The position numbers were made by a program, and so were the translations under genes. The notes below the pieces were generated by a model that saw only the letters and a program-made list of their open reading frames with translations, was not told the DNA's origin and searched no databases. A stretch of DNA of 64,000 nucleotides from an uncultured Phycisphaerales bacterium (GTDB lineage: Bacteria; Planctomycetota; Phycisphaerae; Tepidisphaerales; Tepidisphaeraceae): positions 736,001 through 800,000 of the forward strand of contig CAVWLP010000002.1 in NCBI GenBank assembly GCA_963755915.1, written 5' to 3'. Below are positions 30,760-42,459 of the stretch, one piece after another; the stretch's first letter is position 1, and each line of letters opens with the position of its first letter.

Positions 30760-31053
30760 ATGCGACTGACGCGCGAAATATTGCGAGACAAACGCGACGC
30801 CATCCTCGAGGTTGCCCGGCGAAACGGCGCTCTCGATGTGCGCATTTTCGGCTCTGTCGCCCGCGGAGATGCCACCGAGTCTTCCGACCTGGATTTAATC
30901 GTCCGCTTCGAGCCTGGGCGAAGCCTCATGGATTGGGGCGTGCTTATCGACGAACTACAGGAATTGCTGGGCGTCCAGGTCGATGTCATCGACGAAGACG
31001 CCATGCGCGAGCGATTTCGCAGCCACGCCATGCAGGAGGCCGTTCCCCTGTGA
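30760..31053 (+). CDS. Minimal nucleotidyltransferase (MntA-type antitoxin)
   Basis: VRIFGSVARG...SDLDL...LLGVQVDVI. Confidence 0.88.
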   Translation: MRLTREILRDKRDAILEVARRNGALDVRIFGSVARGDATESSDLDLIVRFEPGRSLMDWGVLIDELQELLGVQVDVIDEDAMRERFRSHAMQEAVPL

Positions 31054-31185
31054 AAAACGATAACGGCGTCGCTTCCTCCCGATACTCAATAGCCGTGAGC
31101 GGCGTCCCACCGGAGGCGGAATCTGTCGTCAATCACCCCGCAGCCGGCTCTCCGCTGCGGCTTCGGATCTTCCGCGGCCCCGAAT

Positions 31186-31830
31186 TCAACTGCTGCCCCG
31201 TTTAACTATGTCCTGAACGTGCCCTCCGCTCTTGGGAACCCATCCGCATTCGGGGCATCGCCCCGGCGTGGCCCGCAAATCGTATCCGCATCTGGGACAT
31301 TCTCCCTCGTGCGTGTGCCGACCCCGCCGCCAAACTAGCGTGATGAAGTACAGTGTTGGCAGAATCGCCGTGGCTACGGCGATCCAAGTTAAAGGCACCC
31401 TTAGCTCGTCGGCCTCGCCCGTCAATTTTTGACCGAAATATTTTAAATAGAAATAGTCGGGATGGTTATTCGGATCCAATACTACCAGCTGCAAATCTTG
31501 GTGGAGGAATTCAACACCACAAATAGACCAGCCTCCCTCCCTGACTTCGGTTCCCTCGCTGCTTCTCTCGCTGGCTACGCCCTGAACTTGCCGTTGTCCC
31601 GGTTTCAGGCGCAAAACGGGTCCGAAGTCCCGTGCCCAATCAATTGAGAAAAGCCCCCTATTCATCCTGAAGCCAAATCCGGAGGGTCGCGGAAAATGCA
31701 CACTGCCAAACGAGTACTCCCAATTGAAGTTCCAAACTGCAGTCATCACCGTGAATACAAAAAGAATCGCGGAGACCCCGGCGGCAAATCTGAACAAACC
31801 ACGGCGAATCTGGTGGCCGGCGGAGGGCAC
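31186..31830 (-). CDS. Membrane protein with C-terminal zinc ribbon
   Basis: TM helices, then [19 protein letters not shown]. Confidence 0.75.
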   Translation of the reverse strand: MPSAGHQIRRGLFRFAAGVSAILFVFTVMTAVWNFNWEYSFGSVHFPRPSGFGFRMNRGLFSIDWARDFGPVLRLKPGQRQVQGVASERSSEGTEVREGGWSICGVEFLHQDLQLVVLDPNNHPDYFYLKYFGQKLTGEADELRVPLTWIAVATAILPTLYFITLVWRRGRHTHEGECPRCGYDLRATPGRCPECGWVPKSGGHVQDIVKRGSS

Positions 31831-32013
31831 GGCATTGGTTTAGTCGTTTGGCGTGCAACGATCAAATCTGCCGGCACTTGGTTGCGCTTCTATGAGAGGA
31901 AACTGAGCCGGGCGCGGTCTCTCGCAGCGCCTCGCCATCAGTTCCCTCTACTGCTCCACTTTCTACCGCCCTACTCTCTCGCGGAGCGCGGTCTTCCGTA
32001 TTTTTTCACGGCC

Positions 32014-32789
32014 TCACCCCTTGGCTTGCATCGATTTCACCAACGCGGCGGCGGAGGCACCTTCGACGGAAAGTCCGTAACCAACCTCCCGCACGATACG
32101 TTCCTTGAGCGGCTGAATGAAGTGGATGCGCGTGTCGCGGCGCGTTACTTCGGCGCCTTCAAATACAACCTGGCCAATTCCTGCGCCCGGATGAGCGCCT
32201 TGCCGTTGGGCACCACCTCGGCAACGACGCCCCACTCGTGTGCGATACGGGCCGTGAGCGGCCGCGGGTTCAACAGGAAAGCTTCCGCCCGTCCCGCGCC
32301 CGCGCGATAACTCCAAGCGGTAAAGATTCCATCGCCAGGCACAACACCCGCGGCGAAGTGGCCCACATCCTGGAAGGTCGCGCCCTCGGCCGCCACAATG
32401 ACGTTGGCCAGCAGCGCGTACTCAGAATGGATATGGGCCCGCCCCTCGATGGCCGCGATGACCGGCACGCGTATATTGGCGATGTTTTCCAAAACCTGAG
32501 CCCCTTCGTCATGGATCTGGCTCCAAACGCCGGGATCGGAGACGTTTTTGAAAGACTCCCAATCGACGCCAACCATGAAGTCGCCGCCGGCGCCGGTGAG
32601 GATGACGATCTTGTTCGCCCGATCCTGGGAAATCCGGTAGAACGCATCGACGACATCGGTATGGGCCTGTGCGGTGAAAGTAAGCGGTCCGCCGTCGCTA
32701 TGAAACGCGACGACCAGCACGCCCTCCGCATCCCGGGTCAACTTCAGGTTGTTATAAGCATTGAAGTAGTTGTCTGCAAATGTCTGCAT
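32014..32789 (-). CDS. Crotonase-fold enzyme, 6-oxocamphor-hydrolase-like (frameshift near 32150)
   Basis: PVIAAIEG, HSEY, FQDVGHF..VVPGDG; AGGAG RBS; C-terminus continues in the 32014-32316 frame. Confidence 0.8.
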
Positions 32790-33127
32790 GATGTTCTCCT
32801 TCACGGTTTTTGGGTATCGGGCTGAGCATTCACGCCAATGAGTTCGTTACAAAAATAATACCGCTCGCTGTTTTCGTGCTGAAGAATCAATAACCATCGA
32901 ATGTTTTCGTAAGGTGACAATAGGCCGCGCGTTTGGGAAGTTCAATTGGGATGGGAAATCGCCGTAGGAACCACGCGGTAGACATTGACGCTTTGCCAGC
33001 GATCTGCGCGGGAGAACTAAAGGTGAGGCTCCGCCGTCTTGCGAAGCACCCCAATTCTCAAATCTGAAATCCCCCGGCGTCCCGTACAACGTCCCGCAAA
33101 AACCAGCGTCAACCCGGGTGCTTTGCG

Positions 33128-33157
33128 TTGTCGGCCATACTCAGTCACTTGTAAACT
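33128..33157 (+). promoter_or_regulatory. Sigma70-type leaderless promoter
   Basis: TTGTCG-18 nt-TAAACT, 6 nt before ATG 33164. Confidence 0.55.
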
Positions 33158-33163
33158 ATCGCA

Positions 33164-33670
33164 ATGGCAGATCGACGAACATTCGCTTCCGTCACCAACA
33201 CACCGTGTACGTGTAACTATCTGCAACACGCGGCCGAAGATCCAGATGTGCCCATTGTGTTCGACCCGCGGGGCGGCGAGTTCGAGTTTGATTCGGGGTC
33301 GTACAAAATAACGATCTACCACTGCCCCTTCTGCGGCGGCGCCGCACCGGAATCGAAGCGTCACCTGCTTTTCGCGGTCATTCCCTCAGACGAGGAGCAG
33401 CGATTGGCGAACTTGCTCGCGCCCGTAAAGAGGGTGCGCAGCGCCCTGAAGCGGCTGGGCAAGCCGCAACGTGACAATCCAGCCGGAGCACTGGCGAAGT
33501 CCTTCGAGCTGGACGGCGATCCCCCCACCATCCACCATTTTCGTACGCTGCTTTACGAGCATCTGTCCGAGGTCGCGGACGTTTGGATTGCCGAGCGATC
33601 CGACGGCTCCGTTCACTGGTGGTTGCAGGGCAAAAATATTGGTTCGCAATCGTCTGGCAGCCAGAAATAA
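33164..33670 (+). CDS. Hypothetical protein with Cys motifs
   Basis: CTC...YHCPFCGG; promoter-like sequence upstream. Confidence 0.65.
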   Translation: MADRRTFASVTNTPCTCNYLQHAAEDPDVPIVFDPRGGEFEFDSGSYKITIYHCPFCGGAAPESKRHLLFAVIPSDEEQRLANLLAPVKRVRSALKRLGKPQRDNPAGALAKSFELDGDPPTIHHFRTLLYEHLSEVADVWIAERSDGSVHWWLQGKNIGSQSSGSQK

Positions 33671-33807
33671 GAAGGACGCCGTCTGTTTCGCTGTTTCGGC
33701 CGGGCGCACGGCAAGCGAAAACGAATCGGGTCTTGCCCCTTCCGTTATTCAACAGGCTGTGAAAAAACCGTGCGAAATCCGGAACCGGCAAAGAGCGCGA
33801 AAACCCA

Positions 33808-34658
33808 TTAAACCGTCCGGCGTCGTGCCAGCAGGCCCGAAATTCCCAAAGCGAGCACAGTTAGCGAAGCCGGCTCGGGAACGGAATTGAACGTGAAATC
33901 GGTGATGTCCTGCTGCGAATACCCGCCTCCGGTTCCACCGGTGAATCCAACGTACGCGGTTGATCCCCCCACCGCGCCCACGATGTCCGCTGGAAATGAA
34001 GTCATATAAACGTCACTCGTCGTCTCATCCGTCAGCGTTTCGCTGAGAGACGAGCCGTCGTAACTGAGTTGCACCAGGATCGGATCGCCGTCGACGAGAT
34101 CGACCGGATCGGTCGGCGTTGCCGAACCGAAATCCGCGGCGCCGCCAGTGTCGTATTCAATGGCCCCAGTGCCGTTACGCAGATAGAACTCGATCGCCGC
34201 GCTGGGCGTGATCGCCTGAAGCGGCGGGCCTGACGGCGGCTCGTTGTGTTTTGCAATCCGTATCCCAAACCAGCGCCACCGCCGCCGATCGCGCTCGTCC
34301 CACGCGAATCGTTTTGCAGAACAAACGAGAATCCGTCGGCCGAGCCGAACTGCTGATCCGAGTTCTGGAAAATGAACTGGGCGGTGAATGAACCAATCGA
34401 TTGCGGCGTGTTGTAAAACGCGGCTCGCGCTTCACCCATACTGGACGTCGTTATCGTCAGATCACCGCTGCTGATCGTCGGCGGATTCGTATCGATGATG
34501 TCGCCGACAGGATCCTGTGTGTAGCCAGTCAACGTATAGTCGCTTCCATCACCGAAACCGGAAATCGATGCGAAGGCGGATCGACCCGTCAGGCCGGCGA
34601 TCGCAATCGCGCCTGGAACACATCCGAGCCGGAGGGCCCTGTATAAATAGTGATGCAC
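33808..34658 (-). CDS. PEP-CTERM protein with legume-lectin-like domain (frameshift near 34245)
   Basis: ADGFSFVLQN, AYVGFTGGTGG, VPEPASL..RRRTV. Confidence 0.85.
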
Positions 34659-35400
34659 GTTTTCCCTTCCCTTAATAAGGCTGAAGTGACTCTGGGAACA
34701 CTCCGTTTCCCAAACCCAATTCGATACGTCGGCTTGTAAATTGTCGCCCGATGAATTGCAAGAAATTTTCTTGACTTTCCCTCCAACTTTCGAAATTTTC
34801 TTTAGGCGAAATGCGACAGACCGCCGACCTATTGCGACATCCGTGAGGCGTTTTTTTTCGGACTGAACGGGCGGAAAACGAGCGAAAATCGACCTCAACG
34901 CCCCCTGCCGAGGTGGTTATCTTGAACACAGCGATTTTCGGTCTTTTTTTGGCCCGATGGCAAACTGGGGGATTTGACCGGCAGAAATGCCTTTCATCAA
35001 CCGGGGAAAAATGATAGGGAGTGAAACCGCACCGGGGGCGATTTTCCCGCATACATCTGCACGAACCAAAAGAACGCGAGCCGCTACCCGTTGCTTTCCT
35101 TTTACTCCGCTTCCGTCCACCAGCGCGGCCTCTTGCGGAAAGCAGACTCTTTTGCCAACATCGCGCGAACTGTACCTTTTGGCCCCATCGGAATCGTCGG
35201 CTATTAAGGAAGCGATTTGCAAGTAGTTGATTTCATAAGTGATTCGCTTGTAGACAGAATTCTACAATTTTGACGGCAACTCCCGCAAGATCACGGAATC
35301 GCCCGACGATCGCCGCACTAGTCAAGCGCCAAAAGAAATCAGAATTGCTCCAGATAAGGCTGCCCGTTGTTTCGCGGTCCAGCCAGAGCAACCCCAAATC

Positions 35401-35434
35401 GATATCATTGATATCAATGATATCATTGATATCA
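35401..35434. repeat. 9-bp tandem palindromic array
   Basis: GATATCATT GATATCAAT GATATCATT GATATCA. Confidence 0.85.
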
Positions 35435-35545
35435 CGAAAAGTGCCTACTTAATCTACCCAGATACCCCATCTTATTGCGGGCTGTAACCTTTTGTACTGA
35501 TGCCCCCGCGCCCGAAATTCTTTTCTCGCAACTCGCAACTCGTAC

Positions 35546-36802
35546 TTAAAAGTATTCCCGACAAAACGGCACAGGCCCGGCAGCGAAGATGTCGAGCAGC
35601 GCGGCCGCAGCGGGGTTGCTCGCCTTCGCCAATCTCAGTCGCACCGCTTCGCTGGCGATGATGTCGCCGGTGGCGATGGCGGCCCAGTGCTTGTCCGGGC
35701 ATTCGAAATCGGCATCTCCGCCAGCGGGGGACGCGGTGGCGCGGCCGGATTCGATATCTACGCGGAAACGCGACACTGTTCCTTCGCATTCGGCAATCGC
35801 GATCGTCACCCGGCCATTGGCGCGATCGGGCAGGTGCAGGGACTCGAGGAACTTGCGGTGATCGAGGATGCGAAGCTGCAACCGTGTGTACGGCCGCACC
35901 TCGGCGGCCGGATGATCGACCGGGCGATGGGGGATTTGCGGCTCGCGGAGGAGGCGATTTACCTGCCAGTCAATCGGAGTGGTGATGTTGGCGATGGAGA
36001 ACTGATCGCGCATGGTGGCCAAGAAGCCGAGCAGCGAGCGGAAATCATCGGGGGAATCGGCGGACCAGGCGGCGATTTTGAGGGAGTTGCGGCCGGCGTG
36101 GGGTTCGTGGTTGATCAGGGCGCAAGCGCGGACGGGGCCGCTGGGGTCGGTGCCGGTTTCATTGGGGCGGAGGACGAAGAGCATGCCGTCGTCTTCGACG
36201 CGCAGGCGGGCGGTCCAGCGCTGCGCGTCCCACTCGATGTCGCATTGGCCGGATTGGACGCCTCGCTGCCACTGGTCGGCGAGGGGGGGGCGGTCCCCCG
36301 GTTCGATGAATTTCCAGCCGGTGGTGTCGGACTCGGGGATTGTGGAGAGGGGGATGGTCCATTCGGCGCGGCGTTCGACGATGCCAAAGCCGAAGTGCTC
36401 GTAGAAGGAGACGCGGAAGGGCATGAGGGCGGAGAGGACATACTGGCGGTCGCGGGCGTGGCGGAGGATCTCGTGCATGATCTGGGAGCCGACGCCTTCT
36501 TTGTCGCCTTTGTTTGGGCCGGTGCGTCGGCGCGAGGTTTTGGCGGCGCCAACCCAGGCGACGCCCTGGCAGGAGAGAGGGGCGCCGCGGAGCCACATGG
36601 TCAGGGGGAGGCTGGTGGCGGTGCCGACGGGATTGCCCGCCTGCTCGGCGAGGAGGTATTGGCCGACGCCGGCCCAGGGGCCGGTTTGAAGATGCTCCTT
36701 GAGGCGGGCAAGATCCTTGCCGGTATGGCTGTAGCACATCCAGCGGGTTTGGGCGACCCGATCGAGTTCGTCAGTTCCGACCCAGCGGAGAGTGGTGGGC
36801 AT
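35546..36802 (-). CDS. Eis-like GNAT acetyltransferase with SCP2-like C-terminus
   Basis: GVAWVG, SALMPFRVSFYEHFGF, ends PFCREYF. Confidence 0.88.
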   Translation of the reverse strand: MPTTLRWVGTDELDRVAQTRWMCYSHTGKDLARLKEHLQTGPWAGVGQYLLAEQAGNPVGTATSLPLTMWLRGAPLSCQGVAWVGAAKTSRRRTGPNKGDKEGVGSQIMHEILRHARDRQYVLSALMPFRVSFYEHFGFGIVERRAEWTIPLSTIPESDTTGWKFIEPGDRPPLADQWQRGVQSGQCDIEWDAQRWTARLRVEDDGMLFVLRPNETGTDPSGPVRACALINHEPHAGRNSLKIAAWSADSPDDFRSLLGFLATMRDQFSIANITTPIDWQVNRLLREPQIPHRPVDHPAAEVRPYTRLQLRILDHRKFLESLHLPDRANGRVTIAIAECEGTVSRFRVDIESGRATASPAGGDADFECPDKHWAAIATGDIIASEAVRLRLAKASNPAAAALLDIFAAGPVPFCREYF

Positions 36803-37025
36803 TTGCGTACCCTGCACTTTATCATGCCGGGTAAGGCATGGAAGAGTGATGCTTACGAGCGACAGAGCCTCCGGTGGGTCACGGGGATTTTCGGGATTTT
36901 GCTGGACAGGGAAGGAACCGGGCGATTAGCATCCGCCTTCCGCGGCGACCGGCGGGTTCGACCGGTCCATGAACATTTCAGCGCTGGTCCGTGCCCTCGA
37001 TACATTTCAAAAAGGAGAGAAGAAA

Positions 37026-38790
37026 ATGCGAAGACTTCGTCGATCCAGGTCCAGGGTTTTACATTGCGCCATTGCAGGATTCGGCACCGCGGCCGCGGCG
37101 GGGGCTTACGGTCAGGTTAATTTGCTGGCGAATGGGGGGTTTGAGAATCCGTCGGTGCCGGGTGCGCCAACTGATCAGGCTACTCATGTACAGCCGATTG
37201 GATGGGGGTTGTATGGCAATGCTTATCGGGCGAACTATTACAACAATACACCCAACGGTGGGGAGTGGAGCATCTGGCTTCAGGCGTGGCAGGCACTGGA
37301 GGAGTCTATCAGACCTACACGGGAGGCGTCACCGATGGCGCCACCTATACGCTGAGCACTACTGGCTTTTTGAGGCGAATTATCCGGCGACGGGCGCCGA
37401 GAGCGATCTGCAGATCTCCTGGCTCAACAACAGCGGGAATGAAGTCGGGACGCCGGCGCAACTGGTGATCGAGCCGGGCCAGGTGACGGCCAACGAGACG
37501 TGGTCGCAGTACCAGGTTTCGGGCGTCGCGCCCGCGGGGGCGACGCAGATAATCGCGGAGTTTGACCTTTTGAGCAACGACACTGACGCCTTCGGCGCAC
37601 AATCCGCGTTTGTCGATGATGCGAGCCTCACGGGGCCGGGCACTCCACCGGCTAACTACTGGGCCGCATCCGGCTCGGGACAATGGCAAGGGGATGTGAA
37701 CTGGTCAAATGGAACGGTCAACATGGGCGTTGGAGCGGATTCGGAATTCCTGGGCGAGATCACGGCCCCGAGCAATGTTTATACGGACACGGCGATAACG
37801 ACGGGGACGATTCACTTCAACAGTCCATACGAATATGTGCTGGACGGGGCGGGAAGTTTGACGCTGCAGGTGAGCACAGGCAGCGCGCTGGTGAAGGTGG
37901 ACCAGGCGACCGATGAGATCAACCTGCCGACGACGATTGCCAGCAATACGGTTTTCAACGTGGCAACGGGAGCGACGCTGGAGATCGGGAACCCGATGAC
38001 GATCAACTCGGGAACGAGCGTGACGCAGACCGGGGGCGGGAAAGTCGTTTACAACTCGATCATCAATGTGGCAAGCGGCGGAGCCGCGATCGTGATGGGC
38101 AATTCGACGCAGGCGAATACGCTGGAAGTGGGGACGGCAAGCACGGCGACGATCAGCGGGAGCGGTAACATCGTGCAGGTGGGTACGCTTTCTAATTCGG
38201 GGTTGATCGATATCACGCAGAATGAGCTTTTGATCAGCTACCTGCCGGGAAACGATCCGGATGCAAGCATCGCCGCGGAGATCAAAGGCGGTTATAACAA
38301 TGGCGGGTGGAACGGGAGCAGCGGGATTTTGTCGAGTTCGGCGCGAACGCTGACGAACGGGTTTCGTTACGGCGTTGGGTGGGCAGACGGGGCCGATCAC
38401 CAGGCGAGCGGCATCACGTCGGGACAGATTGAGATCAAATACACGCTGCTTGGGGACGCGAACCTGGACGGCGCGGTGAATGGGACTGACTTTTCGATTT
38501 TGGCGTCGAACTTTGGGCTGGGATTGACGAACTGGGACCAGGGAAATTTTTTGTTCACGAGCGCGGTTAACGGCGCCGACTTCGCGGCGATGGCGGCGAA
38601 TTTTGGGCAGGGAGACAGCAACGCAGGGGCGATTGTGTCACCGGCGGACATTGCCGCATTGGATGCGTTCGCGGCGGCGAATGGATTGCCTGCGCCGACG
38701 ATTGGTGCGGTGCCGGAGCCGGCGACGGTTGGGGTGCTGGGGCTGGGCGCGGCAGGGTTGATCGTGCGGCGGCGGCAAAGGAATGTGTGA
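37026..38790 (+). CDS. PEP-CTERM protein with CBM-like and dockerin-like domains (frameshifts near 37293 and 37355)
   Basis: NLLANGGFE, FVDDASL, GDANLDGAVNGTDF repeat, VPEPAT..RRR. Confidence 0.85.
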
Positions 38791-38798
38791 ATGGAATT

Positions 38799-38826
38799 GT
38801 GAATAGTGAATAGTGAATAGTGAATT
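38799..38826. repeat. GTGAATA heptamer tandem repeat
   Basis: About four units between convergent genes. Confidence 0.75.
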
Positions 38827-41527
38827 AAAAATAGTAATCTCCCGATCCGATTTCGTGGACCTGGGGCGCGGCGCCAGCGAAGCCAGGGACGTAGACTGTT
38901 GCGGTGGTGTTACACGGGATGGTCACCTGGAGCATGAAGTGATCGGCGGAGATTTGCCAGCGGGATTTGATGGGGCCGTAGGGGGAATCGTAGGAGGCGG
39001 AGGCGGAGGTTAATCCACCGCCGGGCTGGGGGCGGATGATGATGTGTTTGAATCCGGGGGAGGCGGGGTCGAGGTTGATGCCGGCGATGGTTTCGTACAT
39101 CCACTGGCCGCAGGAGCCGAGGGAGTAGTGGTTGAAGGAGTTCATCTCGGGGGTTTGGAAGCCTTTGTCGGGGGTCCAGCCGTCCCAGCGTTCCCAGATG
39201 GTGGTGGCGCCCTGCTTGATGGGGAAGAGCCAGGAAGGGAAGGTGTCCTGGAGGATGAGGCGGTAGGCGGTGTCGGTAGCGCCAAATTGGGTGAGGATGG
39301 GGAGGATGAAGCTGACGCCGACGAAGCCGGTGGTGATGTGGTCGTGCTTGGCGGCGATGTTTTCGAGGAGATATTGGATGGCGCACTGCTGCATCGGGGG
39401 GTCGAGGAGGCCGAATTCGAGGGGGACGACGTAGGCGGTTTGGGTGTTACCTTTGATTTTGCCGTCGGGTGAGACGAATTTTTGGTTGAAGGCGGCGCGG
39501 ATGTTTTGGAAGAGCTGGTGGTATTTATCGGCGTCGGCGTTGTTGCCGATGGCGCGGGCCATGCGCGACAGGAGATCGGCGCTGTGTGCGAAATAGGCGG
39601 TGGCGAGGAGATCCTTGGGGGTTTCCTCGTTGGTGTTGAGCCAGTCGCCATAGCCTTTGTCGGGGCGGATAAAGTTGGTGCTGTGGGCCTGGAGGTAGTC
39701 GAGGTAGCGGACCATGGAGGGGTATTGGCGCTGGATGATTCGGGTGTCGGCGTAGACCTGGTAGATGGTCCAGGGGCAGATGATTCCGGCATCGGCCCAG
39801 GCGGCGGTTCCTTCGCCGGCCTGTTTGCGCGGGCGGGGGCTGATGTCGGTGTAAGCGCCGTTTTCAGCCTGAGCATCGGCGACTTCGATCAGCCAGTTGT
39901 TGAAGAACTCGCGGACGTCGCAGTTCCAGGCGGCAGTGCGGATGAAGACCTGGGCGTCGCCCATCCAGCCGAAGCGCTCGTCGCGCTGGGGGCAATCGGT
40001 GGGGATGGAGAGGAAATTTCCGCGCTGGCCCCAGACGATATTGCTGTAGAGGCGGTTGAGGAGCGGGTTGGAGCATTCCCATGAGCCGGCTTGCGGATTG
40101 GCGGAGCCGATGACGATGCCGGTGAGCATGGCGGGGCTGGGGGTGGAGGGATATCCGGTCAGTTCGGCGTAGCGGAAGCCGTGGAAGGTGAATTTTGGTT
40201 GCCAGGATTCGTCGCCTTCGCCTTTGAAGATATAGGTGTCGGTGGCGGCGGCGGAGCGAAGGTTTTCGGTGTAGACGGTTCCGTCGGGGTTGAGCATTTC
40301 GGCGAAGCGGAGGGTGATTTTGGTGCCGCGGGGCGCCGATGCGGCGAGGCGGGCGACGCCGACCATATTCTGGCCGAAATCAAAGACCCAGTGGGCCGGC
40401 TTGGGCTGGGAGATCTGAACGGGGTAGATCTCAAGCAGTTTTTTGACCGGCGGGGCGATTTGGGCTTCCATTTGCGGATGGGCATCGCGGAGGGAGGCGG
40501 GTTGCCAGGAGGAATCGTCGAATCCGGTGGCGTTCCAGGCGGGAGAGTCCTGGGGGGGTTCCTGAGTGGCGTCGTAGTCTTCGCCGTCCTGGAGGTCGGA
40601 CTTGAGGATGGGGCCAGTGGCGGTGCGCCAGGTTTTGTCGGTGGCGATGAGATCGTGGGAGCCGTCGGCGTAGTCGATCATGAGCTGCATGCGGAGGGCG
40701 GGGCGAGGGCCGTAGGATTGGTTGCCGATCCAACCGATGTTGCCGGAGTACCAGCCGTCGCCGAGGAGTGCGCTGATGACGTTATCGCCGGAGGAAAGCA
40801 GCGCGGTGACGTCGTAGGTTTGATAGCGGACGCGATGGAGGTAGTCGGTCCAGTCGGGCGCGAAAAGGGCGTCGCCGACTTTTTGGCCGTTGATCCACGA
40901 ATCGTATAAGCCCAGTGCGGAGGCGTAGAGGCGGGCGCGAAGGATGGGCTTGTTGACGGTGAAGGTTTTGCGGAATTGACCCGGGCGATTGGCTTTGAAA
41001 TTGTGGCGTTCCTTGTGGATATCCGACCAGTGGTTGGGAACGTGTGCGGGGCTTTTCTCCTGGGCCTGGGGGAAATCGATCCAACTGGATTTCCAGTCGG
41101 AGGGGTTCAGGAGGCCCATTTCCCACTCGTCGGGGGAACTCCAGGCCTCGCGGCCGGTGCTGTCCCAGACTTCGACTTTCCAGAAGCAGGTTTGGGAGGA
41201 AGTGAGAGGTGGGCCGGCGTAGGGGACGTTGATGCTCTGGTCGGATTGGATTTTTCCGGAGTCCCATATGTCGGCGCGGTTTTGGGAAAGCAACTGCGGG
41301 GTCGAGGCGACGAGGATTTGGTAGGCGGATTGCATGGTGCCCTGCTGGGCGGATTGCAACTGCCAACTGAGGAGGGGCTGGGGGACGTCGATGCCGAGAG
41401 GGGAGGTTTTATTTTCGCAGCGGAGGTTGGCGATCTGGAGGTCGGAGCCGCCTGTTGCTGCGTGGGTGATTGTTGAAATCAAAATGCCTCCGATCAGGAT
41501 CGTCGCGAACCGGGAAAATCCAAGCAT
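38825..41527 (-). CDS. Alpha-L-rhamnosidase (GH78)
   Basis: Signal peptide, DFGQNMVG, PTDCPQRDERFGWMGD, GATTIWERW, MNSFNHY. Confidence 0.95.
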   Translation of the reverse strand: MLGFSRFATILIGGILISTITHAATGGSDLQIANLRCENKTSPLGIDVPQPLLSWQLQSAQQGTMQSAYQILVASTPQLLSQNRADIWDSGKIQSDQSINVPYAGPPLTSSQTCFWKVEVWDSTGREAWSSPDEWEMGLLNPSDWKSSWIDFPQAQEKSPAHVPNHWSDIHKERHNFKANRPGQFRKTFTVNKPILRARLYASALGLYDSWINGQKVGDALFAPDWTDYLHRVRYQTYDVTALLSSGDNVISALLGDGWYSGNIGWIGNQSYGPRPALRMQLMIDYADGSHDLIATDKTWRTATGPILKSDLQDGEDYDATQEPPQDSPAWNATGFDDSSWQPASLRDAHPQMEAQIAPPVKKLLEIYPVQISQPKPAHWVFDFGQNMVGVARLAASAPRGTKITLRFAEMLNPDGTVYTENLRSAAATDTYIFKGEGDESWQPKFTFHGFRYAELTGYPSTPSPAMLTGIVIGSANPQAGSWECSNPLLNRLYSNIVWGQRGNFLSIPTDCPQRDERFGWMGDAQVFIRTAAWNCDVREFFNNWLIEVADAQAENGAYTDISPRPRKQAGEGTAAWADAGIICPWTIYQVYADTRIIQRQYPSMVRYLDYLQAHSTNFIRPDKGYGDWLNTNEETPKDLLATAYFAHSADLLSRMARAIGNNADADKYHQLFQNIRAAFNQKFVSPDGKIKGNTQTAYVVPLEFGLLDPPMQQCAIQYLLENIAAKHDHITTGFVGVSFILPILTQFGATDTAYRLILQDTFPSWLFPIKQGATTIWERWDGWTPDKGFQTPEMNSFNHYSLGSCGQWMYETIAGINLDPASPGFKHIIIRPQPGGGLTSASASYDSPYGPIKSRWQISADHFMLQVTIPCNTTATVYVPGFAGAAPQVHEIGSGDYYF

Positions 41528-41616
41528 GGTTCCTCGTTTTAGTGGGGGGATGAGGGTAACCGAACCTGCGGTGGGATGAAAATGGGATGGAGGGAGAATA
41601 GATTATTGAGGGTTGC

Positions 41617-42319
41617 ATGGACAAACTTCGTATAGTTTCGGCGACGCGCGAGCCACTGAGCGGGTTCGTGAATTCGACGCTTCTGGGGCGGTCGATCAAG
41701 AACCTGGCCTGGGATTCGCGGATTGAGACGGACATCACCTGCTCGAACACGCTGGGGCTGCCGCATATTTACAATCGGGCGATCGAAGAATCGAAGGACG
41801 ATCAGACGCTGCTGTTCGTGCACGATGACATCATCATCGATGATTATCATTTGTTCACGCGGCTTGAGGATGCCCTTAAGGCCTTCGATGTGGTGGGAGT
41901 GATCGGAAACACGCGGCCCGCGCCCAATCAACTGACCTGGACGCACACGCTCGATGAGAACAAGGGGTTCAAGCCGTGCGAGCGGTCGGTGCTGAGCGGG
42001 ATCATAGGACAGATCGACAACAACAACCAGCGCGTGTTCGCGTATTACGGGGTTTTTCCGCAGGCTTGCGCTGCTGGACGGGTGCTTTCTGGCGGCGAAG
42101 GGGGCGGTGCTGCGGGAGAGGGGAATCCGGTTTGACGTGCAGTTTGATTTCCATTTTTATGATTTGGATTTCTGCCGGACGTGTAGGAAAAACGGCCTGA
42201 GTCTGGGAACCTGGCCGATCGCGATCACACATAAAAGCTGGGGGAATTTTGACAACCCGCAGTGGAAAGCGGCGCTAGCGCTGTACGATCGGAAATGGGG
42301 GCCGGGCGCGGTCCGATAA
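41617..42319 (+). CDS. GT-A-fold glycosyltransferase-like protein (frameshift near 42065)
   Basis: LFVHDD, VVGVIG, FHFYDLDFC. Confidence 0.75.
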
Positions 42320-42459
42320 AATGGGCCCGGGGGGCGAATCCCTTGGTCGATGCTCTTGGTATGGGGGCGGAAAATGTGGTATTCTGGGTGGCACAAGTCG
42401 TCCCATCAGCACCGTGATACGATAACATTTGGAACTGCCGAGTCGTTGAGGATTTTGCG

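Noticed and set aside
31200-31218. ACTATGTCCTGA resembling the IS481 end motif
   Set aside because: Short single match inside a coding region with no TGT/ACA terminus.
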